Below, piece after piece: positions 40,429 to 53,984 of a stretch of 64,000 bases of DNA. This stretch comes from Octopus bimaculoides (taxonomy: Eukaryota). The position numbers and the translations under genes were made by a program. Numbering within the stretch: position 1 is the stretch's first letter; each line of letters begins with the position of its first letter. The DNA lies in the NCBI RefSeq assembly GCF_001194135.2, contig NC_069003.1, positions 1,503,043 through 1,567,042 on the forward strand, given 5' to 3'. The notes under the pieces are model-generated. The model was not told the origin of the DNA. It made no database searches and saw only the letters and a program-made list of their open reading frames with translations.

Positions 40429-41476
40429 GCACGCACGCACGCACGCACGCACACACGCACGCTCTCACTGTCTCTCTCGTTAGCTTGTCAATATATTTGC
40501 GGTGGATGCTTTGCGGTGGTTTACGGGTTATCTCCAAACGTACAACTTCATCAAGAGGCATTCGCCTCGGAGCCATCGCATTTGTATATTTTTTCCCCCT
40601 TTTCAATTTTTTAAATTGTCTACGTGAATTTGGTGGACGTCCATTATTCACTACATCGCTGAATCATTTCATTTCTATTTCAGAATCGAAAAGTGTGTGG
40701 TTGGCTCGAATGTTCCTTTAGCATTTATCACAGGGATTCCTAGTGCAACGCTTCCCAGATTTTGACAATATGTAGGAAATCAATATAGTTGGAACTGCAT
40801 ACATCATTTTCCATATACCCACAGATTAGATGCAGTGTAATGTTGTCAGTGACCGGGTCACAGTGTCGAACACGAAAAGTTGAAAACTACGTTGCAAAAT
40901 GTTTAAATAAATTTAACAGTCTTTGCGTTTCTGAACGTCAAATATCTCTCTTTCGACGCAAAATATTTCTTGGAAAATGTCAGTCTCCTTACATTTAAAC
41001 CTTGGGAGAGGCATTATGCCGGTAATAAACACAGGCATTGGCTCGGTCCTTTATTTATTTATAAACAGTATTTATTTATTTTTTTGTTAAATCATTTAGT
41101 CTCCTTTTTTCTTTCATCACCTGCATATCTACAATCACCGATTAAATTACAATTAAATATAATTAATTAATTTCCATTGTCATATTTTTCTAAGCATAAC
41201 ATTTCAAGCTCTGCATTTCTTAATGATTTCATTGAGTGTGCGTCTAAGAAAACATTTTTTAATTCTTTCTTGAAACCCGATGCATCGCCTGGAGTATCGG
41301 AATATTCTTAACTCGTAAATAACGAAACAAGTTAAAACTTGGAACTTTTCATTTCTTTATTCAGTCTTAAATAATTTACATCTGCTGCCAATGAAAATGG
41401 AATCTTTCCTTCCAAAGTGGTTATATACATGCGTACATACATACATGCGTACATACATACAGACAGACATATATAC

Positions 41477-41536
<60 letters not shown>

Positions 41537-42039
41537 GTGTATACATATGTATAATCATACATATAAAAACGCACGGACAGGCACACATACTCGTCTGTGT
41601 GTGTATGTATATATATATATATATATATGTGCATATATCATCATCATCATCATCTTAGAACAAAAGAAAACCACAATGGGTCGAATCTACTCATCAATTC
41701 CAGGTGACGGCTGACAGGTAAATTACTTGAAATCGGCAATTTTCGTTCAGCTGTTTCTATTTTTACTTTTCCATGCTTTTAATGTTCTATTCGGCAAAGG
41801 CATTAACATTTTTTGCCTGATTTCTCTCCCTTTTCTTGTTAGAGAAATTTTTGGCTTTTAAATTTTATTTTGTATTTTGTTGCGTTTCTGATTTAAATGG
41901 TTTCCTTATTATTATGTTGTCACTCAACACAGTTGCTTTTTTCTTTTTCTCTCCAGCAAACTCCATAGTTTAAAGTGGCAGCAACAACAATACTAACATG
42001 ACGAAAGACAACAATAGTGCGAAGCCTGAGGATGAGGAG

Positions 42040-42150
42040 GAAAAGACGACGAAGAAGAAGAAATCAGAGGTAGAGACTGACGATGATGATGATGATGACG
42101 ATGATGATGAAGGTAATGCTGATGCTGATAACGACGACAGCGATGACAAT
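42040..42150. repeat. Decayed (GAN)n/(GAT)n trinucleotide repeat
   Basis: gacgatgatgatgatgatgacgatgatgatgaa. Similar (CAT)n/(CAC)n tracts lie at ~33,290-33,400 and ~28,000-28,170. Confidence 0.85.
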
Positions 42151-42266
42151 GATGATGGCGGTGGTCGCTGTCGTGGTAGTGACTATAGCAGTAATTGCTT
42201 AATTTTGGCCTCAGAATTCTACACGTTACAAATGTTCAATAGAAGTTACAAATCATATGCTGATAT

Positions 42267-42307
<41 letters not shown>

Positions 42308-43391
42308 CATACATGTACACACACATATATATATATGTATGTATATATTTATATGTATGTATTTGTCGGTATGTATCTGTGTGCGCTGAGCGCTGGGACT
42401 CCTAAATAAACAGGTTTTGTCGGATATGTCATAAGACCATTGGTAGTGATCGACCCCTGGTCTTTGTTATGTCATGGCATCCAATTTGGAGATGTCCAAA
42501 TAGATTTCGCTGCTCCACTGAACTGGATATTTTGCACATCGCTTGACTCTTGGAATTTTGGTAATGCAAGCGAGAGTCACTGATATTGAGAAAGTCGCAC
42601 TCGATTTATTAGTGCATCGAAACCAAATGTCTTCAAATATAACATCAAACGCAGCAGTAATGGAAACAAAGTCTCTGTATTAGTTTTAGGATGGTCACTG
42701 TCGGAACGCCTTGTTCATAACTATGTTCTTGTAATGAACACAATCATTAATAGATCAAGCAACGTCATCCTGGCCGTTCATTGGTTCAGGTTATTACCGA
42801 GCAGAACGGTTACAGGTGGAATGTTCATTGCCGTAATTATTCCCGTTAGAGGTTTACAAATATTTATACCTGGTCGCAGATACCCCAAATGGTGATTGTT
42901 GGGATGCCTTTCATCATAGGCTCTCTAGATCGTGCTTGAGCCGGTGTGGAACAAGATTAATATATGGATGAGTAGATGTGTATCGTTCAAATACATTTGA
43001 TCATAAATGTTCGATCAACGTTCATATAAAATGAGAGAAATATGGAACAGATTGAAAAAAACACAAACACTTTGGGATTTGGGTTGCAGGACTCTTTATG
43101 TGAGTTTGTGTGTTGAAGGATATTCTGTTGTGTCAGGGGAGAGGCATTTGCTTTTAGTACCACACTCGCCGGTATCGTACCCACTAATTTACTTCTTTAC
43201 AGAAAAACAAATAAGTGAATGAGTAGAAACTTTACCGGTGAGTGTGTTAAATTATTATGCTGAAAGAGAATGACTTGCCTCTGACTCAACAGTATATACA
43301 TACACACACACACGTGTGTGTGTGCGTGTATGTATGTATAAGCGCGCACATGTACTTATAAACACACAAACACATTGTGTTTATAGATATG

Positions 43392-43436
<45 letters not shown>

Positions 43437-45083
43437 ATGCATGCATATAAATTTTCGCAAATTAAGCATAAATACTTTGGTGGGCCAAACTAGGAACATA
43501 ATTATCCGACTAGACTTTCTTGCTGTTCTTTGTTAATGAATACAAAAATACAGACAAAAAAGTAAGATAAAATAAAATAAGTACCTAAAGAAACTTTGAA
43601 CATAGAAACGTCTAAAGAATTTCCTTTTCATCAATCAACCCAACTAAGTCTTCCTATTATTTCCGTGTCAGTCTTTGTACAAATTACGAAAACTAATGAA
43701 ACAAACAAACATTCTGTATTGTCCATTTGATTTCTTTCGTCTATTTTCTTTTATGATTTCTTATTTTCATTCTCATATCACTTTTCTGAGAAATTTGTTA
43801 AACATTCGTCGCAATATTTTGTAGGAATTAACAATAGTGATATATCTAAATTGTGCTTTGATAGAGGCTATTGAAACGCAGTACGATCTTGGAAAAGGAA
43901 GTAGAAATGGTTAGAAAAAAAGGGTTGTATATATACGCAGATTACGAAATGAGTCAGACGAGCGGCACATTTGTGCAACTGTACACGTGATACCGATTAG
44001 ATGGAGGCAGTGAGCTAATGTATAGCAGGCACATTTCATATCTATAAACAAATATTTTGTGCAGGCCATGCAGAAAAAAACATCAACATTCATCCCACTA
44101 CACCGTATTCGGCGTGAGATCCATCATACATACAATTGCCTGTGTGTGTGACAAACACAGTCCGTCTTGATAGAATAGATTCAATTAAATTGTAGGGCTT
44201 TAATGAAGACAGCTAGATAAACGTGATTAGAATTTTAATGAGCACACACAATATTGCTAATGATGATACATAGAGAACAATAATACTAAGACTGATGTCA
44301 CTAATAATATTGGTTAATTTAGTTTTAGAATTTACAATTTTCATTAGGAATTATTTGTACCACACAAATATAGTTTTATTAAAATTTGTCAGGACTTTCG
44401 TTAATTTTTCAATGCGATGATTAAATTTCAAATCCGTCTAACTCCGTCGGTCTCGTCACTCACTCTCTCTCTCTGCTTGTCTGTCCTGATCCCTTTCTCT
44501 CTGTACATGTATCTACACACTCATATGTAAAAATTAAATATAAGGACGAAATCTATATAAGATTTTATCAAGTAGCCAGCGTGTAAAACAAATTAAGACA
44601 AAAAAATGTACGTTGTGTCCGTATGGTATAAGTGTTTATATTTATATGCTTCTGGTGATGTTTGCACTCACGAATGGAAACCGTGTTACAGCGCTGTCAA
44701 TGAAATCGTTTGGGTATGCAACTGAATCTTTTAAAATGATTTTTCTTTGTTCATTCTCTCGACTGCAGCGCGTGTGTATATTTGATAAACGTACTTTGAC
44801 TTTAGCGTCCCTTTCCAGTGTGTGGCTTTACTTGTAGTAATCGCCCTTAATGTAATAATGTATTTGCAAAATTATATAATTCGTTTCAATTTTTTTACTT
44901 TTATTGTTCTACACGCTGGCTACTTATATTTAATTGATGCATATAAGAGAGGCATTGGTATAAAGAAGATACAAAGATGGCAGGTAAGGCTATGTAAGGA
45001 GTACGTAGTTAGACTTTTGGTTCGATAATAAAACGGGTGAGGAGGAGTCTATTGCGCGTCTTGGGTGAGCATTCATATTTCAA

Positions 45084-45132
<49 letters not shown>

Positions 45133-46744
45133 TACATATATTTCAAAATAAGCAACAAGTATATCCAGAGGTAATGCTGTACAATCGTTTCATGCAACTT
45201 TATTTAATTGAACAATGTAATCATTACACCAATTATATAAGGTTTTTGAATAGACGAGCGGATTTCTTTCATCTTACCTACTGCTCAGAAATCTTTGTTC
45301 CTCGGCTGTAATCAGCAACCCTCTTTACACAAATTGCGACCTACACTATTTACCTATAAACGAGATTTTTCTCAGATCTGTGTTTGCTTTTATTCAATCT
45401 TCTACAGTATTGCCTACGTTAATATTTTGTTGCCATCATCTTATCGTAACAGTTTGTAGAACCATTTTCCATCAATCTTTAGTCGTACTCCTCCACATGT
45501 TTTTTCTTTTCTCGTCTGCTTATTCTCTACTTTATATCTTTTGCTTTCGTTCACGCTGGGCTTCCCTGTATTTGTATTACATTTTCATTATTCTTTGTGA
45601 GATCTGTTTTTGTAAATCTCCGTGTATATTATATAATATCATTTCTCCTTACTACGTATTCACTGTAAATACGTTTCTCTGTCAGATTTTGGGTAGTGTA
45701 ATGGAAACGCAGTTATTTTTTTCTTGTTTTCATGTCTAGTCTCAATAATTTACTTAGCATCCAGTTTAGTATACAAAAACTATAACTTATTACTATTGGT
45801 AAAGCTAAAGAAGTTACGCTATTATCTTGATATTTGCATCTAGGTATTACAAGAAATAATCTAATGCGTCTATTATATATTTTCTTACATTTTATTTGAT
45901 TTATCAGTAGTATAGTCTTTTTTATTATAAATTCCGAAGTATTTCTATGTATGTGCTTCATGTAAAATTATTTATCGAATGTGATACACTTGCCGTTTAT
46001 TAGTTATTCACATTTCAAGTAGATCTAACCAAACGTAATAGAAATCCCCTTAGCGAATACGTTAGAGCATTGGCATTTGTTTAATGTATCTATGAATGGT
46101 GCCATATACGCGATATATTTTGTATAAGGATGATTCTCTTCAAAAAAGTGTGTTAGTTTTTATTTCATTTGGAAGCCAACACATTCTGGCGTATTTGTGC
46201 AGTTACTGAGTCCGTATATATAAAGGTTGATATAAACAGGTGAATCGCGCATGGGTTGCAGTGATCCATGGTTCTTGTTAAAATCAAAACACAGTTCGGA
46301 TCTTCACTAAATGCTTCCCAGGGAACAAATTTTTATGTCAAATCTACATGATGCATTGAAATATTTCAATTAAGTTTCAATATTTTCAGTGTTGGAAATA
46401 TTGTAGAAGTCGATTATGGCATTCACCCTATCTAGTTCCAGATTTCTATCTAAAATGCTGTACTTCCTCCGTCAGCTCGATTTCCACGCTCATCTTAGCA
46501 GCCATTTATTATTATATTAATTTTGCTTTCTCATTATTCTTCATAAAAAAAATTAAAAGAAATCGCTATTAGTAATGTTCTTACATAAAATCGGTGAGTT
46601 GGAATAATCGACAAGTGTCAGAAAAAAGCTTTCTCTTATTTATACATTCTGAGTTTTATATTTTATATACCCGGGTCGCCATCATAGTAAGTGTCTTCAT
46701 AGGTTACATGTCACTTGATTTACCAGATTTTCTGTAATATAAGC

Positions 46745-46920
46745 GATATTCCATATTGTGCGCTATCTTCTGCTGCATAAACATTGATGCTATCTGGAAA
46801 ACATTTCTCTGTTATTGTTATCAAGTTCCTCGGGCTCCAGTGACGATTGGAATTATTTCGGTCTTCATATCCCACATCCTGTTAATATCGATCTCCAAGG
46901 ATTTGTTTCTGATTAGTTTC
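46745..46920 (-). mobile_element. Decayed R4/Dong-like RLE retrotransposon C-terminal fragment
   Basis: Minus strand reads KLIRNKSLEIDINRMWDMKTEIIPIVTGARGT*, then QKIA after a frameshift. This matches the family pattern KxxKYxDLxIEIxRMWxMKTxxIPVVIGALG...LQKIA. Confidence 0.8.
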
Positions 46921-48407
46921 TGTGTGCTGTGGTTTTCTGGAACACTTTAGACTGCCAGAATAACAAGGAAGTCAAAAAAAGACTTCCATGTGGCACTTAT
47001 TTTGGCTCTTTGCGCTCAAATCATGCCGAAGCCAACTTTACACTTGCATGATCAATAAAATAAATTATCAATCAAGTTGGAATAGCATCGATAAACAGTC
47101 CATTCCCTAAAAATAGCGAGCATTTGGGCCGAAGACGAAAACCTGATTATCTTTGTTCCTTTTCGCACAAAGGAAAGGAAAGGAAGCGGTAACAAAAAGA
47201 ATGTCTTTATGGATACCGGTGTCGTATTTTTGAATACTAAGAGCAAATCAATTTTAAACATTCTTCCGTCTCAACTTGTATTTTTATCGCTCTGTTCATA
47301 TTCAATGTTGTTCCAACAAATCTCATTCTCTGTCTTTCATTCACTCTCTCACTCATTTTCTTTCCTTCTTCCTTTTACTTCTCCCCCTCTCTCTTTAACA
47401 TTCTTTCACATTCTCTATTCTTCTTTTCCCTTGTTTTGTATATACATCTATGCTCCTGTCTACGTCTCTCACTCGCGTCACACGCACATAGACACATGCA
47501 TACACAACCAGCCAAGGCAACCGTTTTGCGCTCACAAGAGCATACTCCTCCTGCACAGACCAAAGGGCGCACACTCGCACGAGCAAGCGCACACACACGC
47601 ACATAAAGATAGCTTATTCGTGCACCGCCATACTGGAAGCGCATTCGTGTTTAACTATCATCATGACGACCTCAGAAAGCCATATACATTCGCTTGTTGA
47701 GCAATATTCACACACATAGATATTCTGAACAGATAATGAGCTGATAAATTACACACACATACATACATACATACAAACAAATATATACACAGGCCTACAC
47801 ACACGCACGTACACCCAAACATATTCGTACAGAGACACGCACAATATCACCATTACCACCAACACCGCCAACATCATCGACAAGGACAAGGTCACAAACA
47901 CACACACAAACAAACACTCACAAACTCACACACACTTGACCTGTTTTCACACACAAATATTTTCGCTAACCTACGAATTGATATCTTCCGCATATTAATA
48001 TACACACATTCGTGCCCTCTCGATGACACATCAACAACGCCATCACTTATATACACACGCTGACATATACAGACACAATCAGCACCACCAACGCTAACAC
48101 CCGCGCATACATACACACACACACATACACTTAAACACATACGCATATACACATTTATAAACTTACACACACACACACACATACGTGTTGACCAATTTTC
48201 ACAGACATAAATATTCCCGCCACGCAAAGAACTGATAGTCATGTCTTTCCTGAAGCAAAGAATTATCCATTCGGAAGAATAGGTTTTCCACACAGGACTT
48301 CTCCAAGATTAGTTCCAATTGCTGTGATCAATGACAATTTGTGATATCCAGTGACATGGAAATGGTTGAGAACAGAGAGAGAGAGAAAAAGAGAGAGAGA
48401 GAGAAAA

Positions 48408-48438
<31 letters not shown>

Positions 48439-48811
48439 ATAGCAGAGAGATAGGCTGTACTAGGTACAATGAAAACAATCAATATATATATATATATACA
48501 TATATATACACACACACACACATTATATATAAATACACACATACATATATAAATACACACACACATTAGATATATGCTGGTGTGTTGAGTATTTCCTGAA
48601 AACATTAGATTGAATATGTATATAACACACACACAACCGCACACATACACACACGTACACAGAAAAAAAGATACACACTTATATTTTATATATAGTCACA
48701 AATAGTTTTATATGTATCAATTTATAAATGAAGGTATATGTCTATGGACACACACACACACACACACACACATACTCATTTATATATACTTCACACACAT
48801 AAAACTGGTGG

Positions 48812-48854
<43 letters not shown>
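48812..48854. repeat. (GATA)n microsatellite
   Basis: Direct reading. Confidence 0.97.
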
Positions 48855-48855
<1 letters not shown>

Positions 48856-49469
48856 TGTCGTCATATGAGTTATTTTGAGGTACTTTTGCACTGAACGGAT
48901 TGTAGTCAAAAGATTAAAAACGCTCGTTTTGCAATCCCGATGTCCTGGATTCAATCCTACTTTTCGTTTTGTTAAGCCTGTCACTTACTCTCTATTTGCG
49001 GCTATGTCCGTGAAATTAAGTAGACAAAAACAGTGGAAAAGCTTGTTTGATCGATTGTACCTGTTAAAATCAACAGCTACCACGTTCTGTGGCAAACTGT
49101 TTCAAGGTGAACAGTATTGAGCGAGAAGCTCTCGGTATTTCAAAGTGTCTGTAACAGCCAAGAGCACAGCATGATACAAATGTGTCTGGTGATCCAGTAT
49201 CGATATCTTCTTTTGAAATGAAAGTCATATTTGTAGCAATGGTGTTTACACATATTTAAAGTGTCACCTTATAAATACTAAGCGTACAGGTATTGCTAAA
49301 TTTACGCAATAGCATATCTCGAAGCAAACTTATAAAAATATAAACAAAATAACACTATAAACAATACAAAACAGTAAATATTGGGTTGAAAAACATTTTG
49401 TATAGTACAAGTACGTACGTATGTATGTAAATGTATAATGTAGCATGTAAGAATGTAAATTAAGGGTAA

Positions 49470-50206
49470 TAAACCTTTCTGCTAATGGTACAATGCTAGA
49501 AAGTTCTCTGGAGCGGATAAGTCGATCCCATTGATCCCAGTGCTAACCTATTTTATTGACACCTGAAAGATGAAAGAAAAAGTCGACTTCGGCAGAATTC
49601 TAACTCAGAACGTAAAGAAGGGTGACTTGCCGCTAAGCATTTTGCCCAGTGTAGTAAGGACTATTCTGCCAGAAATAATCTTTTCTACTCTAGACACAAG
49701 ACCCGATTAGATGAACCCCAGTACGCAACTAGTACTAAAAACGACATGCCGCTAACTCTTTCATTCGGTGTTCTAACGATTCTACCAGGTCACCGGCCTG
49801 AATAATAGCAAAATTCCTATTTTGACACAAAGCCAGCAGTTTTAGGGCAGGGAGTAAGTCGATTACATTAACCCAAGTAGTCTGCTGGTACTTATTTTAT
49901 GGACACCCGAAAGCAAAGTTAACCTTGGTCGAATTTGAACTCATAGCCTATAGAAGGATGACATGCAGCGAAGCTTTGTGCCCGGCGTGCTAGCGTTTCT
50001 GCCAGCTCGATGCCTTGAATAATAATCCTTTCTGCCACAGACCCAAAGCCTGAAATTGGGGGGAAAGGGAATAATTGATTACACCGGCCCAATATTCAAC
50101 TGGTATTTATTGAATCGACCCCGATAGGATAAAAGGCAAAGTCGACCTCAGCGGGATTAGAACTCAGGACGTGTACAGACGAAGGAAATACCGCTATGCA
50201 TTTCAT
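49470..50206 (-). mobile_element. Cluster of four head-to-tail SINE family B copies
   Basis: Copies at ~49470-49672, 49673-49800 (internally deleted), 49801-50016 and 50017-50206. They show variants of gattacatcgaccccag and aaagtcgacctc, and are separated by aataat tails. Confidence 0.82.
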
Positions 50207-51231
50207 AATAACGGTTGGCTAGAGAAAGAAATTTGTGACAGAGTTAGATTAGAATTGTGCAACCTGTCGCTATGGGATTGAACACAGAATCACACAACTC
50301 ATAGTTTAGGCTTTTAGCCACATGTCAACGACTTTGCTGCAAATGAATGTGTATAAATGTATGTGTATGGGAGAGCGACGCATTAAATTTGCGGCAATAC
50401 GAAATATTTTATATGCGTGTGTGCATATGTGCGTATGCGGATGGGTGCTGTGTGTGATGTATTTTGACTTCGAGATGATTGCGTAATACTGCATATACGT
50501 AGGATTAGCTAATATGTGTAACAATGTGTGTGTTTCTCTGTACACTACCTTGTATGCATACGGTGAAACATACCGACACTCACAACCATTTATATGTGTG
50601 TGTGTGTGTGTGGCTAAGTGTGTATTAAAATGTCGAATGTGAGAGAAAGGAAGAAAAAGAAAGTGAAAAAACAAATACTGATATATAACTAGAAAAATAG
50701 ACACACGCTCATTTACATGTGTGTGGACATATATATGTGAGTGTGTATAAGTGCGGCTATATATATATATATATATATATACACGTGTGTGTGTGTGCGT
50801 GTAAAAAGAAGATGCGCAGAGTAAGAAAGACAGACTTGCAGATGACAGACAAAGAGAGAGAGAGAGGGCGAGATGCAGAGTGGAGTAAAAACATTGAGTG
50901 AAATAATTACGTATAAAAGTTTTGACAACTAATAATTCAACGGACTGTTGGACATTTCTCGTGACACTACGACACTCTAATGACCTCACTCAATAACTGG
51001 TTAAGCGTTTCATTCCATCATATCTTTAGATCTTTGAAGCCAGTCGAATTATGAGAGATATACCGCCATGTTTGAATTGAAATAGTTATTTCGAATTGTT
51101 TATGTAAGCCTCTATGTGTGTGTGTCTGAGTGTGAGGTGTGTTAAGTTCGACGCCTGCTTTGCGTATCGTTGTCTGTCTGTGTATATATGCGGGTGAGAA
51201 TATTTCATATGATAGTGTCTTGTTATGTTAT

Positions 51232-51570
51232 TCGTCGTCTGCAGTGTTTAGCCCCAGGTCAGCTTGTTCAAGATGATCTATGTTCAAAAGTATTCGAGCC
51301 GTGAATAACCGCTTTTATTTCTATGTGAAGGGAACCGAGGAGAACCGCATCCATTGAAAATTTTATCTTTGTTTATTCATTTATCTCTATCTTAAGTCGT
51401 TATTTGAAGATTTGTTTGCTATTTCTAGCAGGTCGAGTAATCATACTGAAGTTTTCAGTTGGTTTGCGATGTTTACTTGTTGCTTGTGATGGCTTTCTTT
51501 AACCCCGGATCAACTTATCTGTCCAGGCATACGATCAAAGGGCTTTTGTCATTGCCGACCCACAACTTCC
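51232..51570. repeat. Probable further short interspersed repeat fragments
   Basis: agccccaggtcagc...ctatgttcaaaag (~51248) has a diverged echo at aaccccggatcaac...atacgatcaaagg (~51502). gctatttctagcaggtcgag resembles a recalled octopus SINE. Confidence 0.35.
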
Positions 51571-51714
51571 GTTGCGACTCGTTCATGTCAAAAGACTTCT
51601 TATTTTAAAAGAATACTGTTTTCGGAGAGATTCGGTTGCTATTTCTAGCATATTGTGCGACGGAGTCGAGACTTTACGATTGAGGAATGATATTTTCTGT
51701 TTATACTGGTTTCA

Positions 51715-51870
51715 AATTTTCGCTCAAGGGGTGGCAGGAATCGATTACATCGAATCAATGTTTAGTTTGTAGACTCCGAAAGGATGGAAAAAACGAAGTC
51801 GACTTCGATGGAATTTGAACTCAGAACACAATGACGGACAAAATTCCGCTAAGCGCTTTTGCTCAACGTT
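51715..51870 (-). mobile_element. SINE family B, partial
   Basis: aatcgattacatcga...aagtcgacttcgatggaatttgaactcagaac...ccgctaagc. Confidence 0.8.
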
Positions 51871-53936
51871 TTTCTGTGTATATTGATATACGTCTATGGT
51901 CATAAATATATTCTAAGATATATATATATATATATATATCTGTATTTAGTCGCATAATTTTACTTATTAATTTCCCAACTCAACGTGGTAAATTTTGTAA
52001 TTTCAACCTTCTGACATCAATAAAATTATTATCAACTATGTTCCACTGGATATCTAAAATAGGTCCTATCCCCACCTGTTATATTCCACGCCTTAATTTT
52101 ATTTGCAAGATTTTCAGTACTTATTGCCAGGACACAATGTTACATATGCATGGCACAAATGGTTTCCTTTTTATACAAATGAGTTGGGCTACAAAAGGTG
52201 GAACCTTTCGCTTTCGCCACTGACTGTAGAACACAAAAATAAATGATTCGGTGAAAAGAGTCAATTTACTGGCAGTTTCGGGATAAAATATCAATAGCAC
52301 AGTAGTTCTGACATAAATATCAACGCCTTGACTATACAAACATTGCCTTCGAAAAATAAAGCAGAAATAAATCATACGGAAAACAACAAGTATTTTTTTA
52401 AAGAAAGGAAGGTAATATTAACAGACTGGTGGAAAATATTTTAAAAATGAAATAGAATGAAAAAAAATATATATAATGATAATAACCCAAAGCAAATCTA
52501 AAAGAAAGTGTCCAGAGTTATGTCTGTCTGTCAGAATAAAGAAATAATTTATTTGTTCGGAAAAAAATGGCAGAACCCATTAAGATATAAAAATGAAAAT
52601 AACGGAGGAAGAAGTTTCTAATTCAAAGAATTTAATGAGAAATTCTAATTTATGTAGACAAGATCTCGGTCTATTTTAGTAGAGAACTATCATAATTTCC
52701 TGATAGGTTAAAACATTGATAGTGGAAATTGATTTGGTCTGCGTTGGCAATAATTAGTTCATAGAACACTTTATAGAAATGTTGCATAAATTTAATTGCT
52801 TGGAGGACTGACCTACTTCGCAAACACATAACTCACTGCAGAATCTGTCTGTCACATAGCGCATAATTTCGGTGGACGTGTGTGCATGTTAATTTTAAAC
52901 GGATATCTAATGCTGAATCAAACGGATGGTCGAATGCAGGGCGTGGGTTCAATTCCCAGTATGGAAAATGTATGGTATCATGGACTAGATTTAAAACTCA
53001 GATAGTACACTGTAATGTTGAAGATAGTGCAGCAGAGACCGCGAGTCATTTATGGAAGCAAAACATTCCGGAATATGATGGAGTGCTACATCGTATCTTT
53101 ACAAACTGACCTTCCTTTTTTTTATTTTTAGGAAAGGCTACAATATTAATTATTATTATACATTTACTAACGTATCAACATAGGAATAATATTTGGCGAG
53201 TGAAAACCAATTAATTGCTTGAAAGTGGTTAATAGCTAGAAATTTTTAAGAAGACGTCCCTCGACTCATGCAGGACCCAGATGGAAGGCATGTGCGGGTT
53301 AAAAATATCTGCACAAATAATTAACCGGTAGAGAATGAGAATGGACAGAACATTTAAATAAAAGGATCCCTATTTTGATCATCTGATCTATTTATAAAAA
53401 AAAAGAAGGTATAGGCGATAAAACCTCGTATTATTAATTTATGAAAATTGCCTAGAGTGAACTGAAAAGCAATGTCTAACATATCTTCAAGTCCTCATTT
53501 CTTCGATGCCTTCTTTTGTGAAGCAGTCCGAAGAGATTTAAAGAAGTTACGAGTTTTATTTTATTTCTAGCTCATAATTAGAAAGTGATTTGTCATACAG
53601 TACATATAAATACAATATCTATTATGGTATTCTTTAGACGATAAAATTTAAGTTTCTAGGATATGTCTGTGAGTTGTCACACTAAGCTACTGCATCACAT
53701 ATTCCATGCTGACACCTTGTTTACAATCAAATCATTTAATATTTTAATTTCACACCTATGGATCTAATACGTTAACAGTGTACATATAAATAGAGATAAC
53801 TGTTTCTATATTAGTCCACACTATACATCATCATCCATTTTGGATTGCTAGAACAGCGTCGATATCATTTATAAATAAAAACAAAGCTGCCAAGAAACAA
53901 ACATACGTAAATAAACTCCTTCATACATAAGTGTAA

Positions 53937-53984
<48 letters not shown>

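Noticed and set aside
39629-40721. Longest ORFs in the track (253-355 aa)
   Set aside because: They run through an N gap and dinucleotide repeats.
41998-42405. Acidic ORF MTKDNNSAKPEDEEEK...DDDD preceded by a polypyrimidine/AG
   Set aside because: It is a decayed trinucleotide repeat running into (CA)/(TA). An in-frame stop lies between the acceptor-like site (41956) and the ORF.
45279-45345. Minus-strand candidate micro-exon ending at gtaag
   Set aside because: The acceptor is weak, the only open frame ends in TAG at the donor, and the peptide is unrecognisable.
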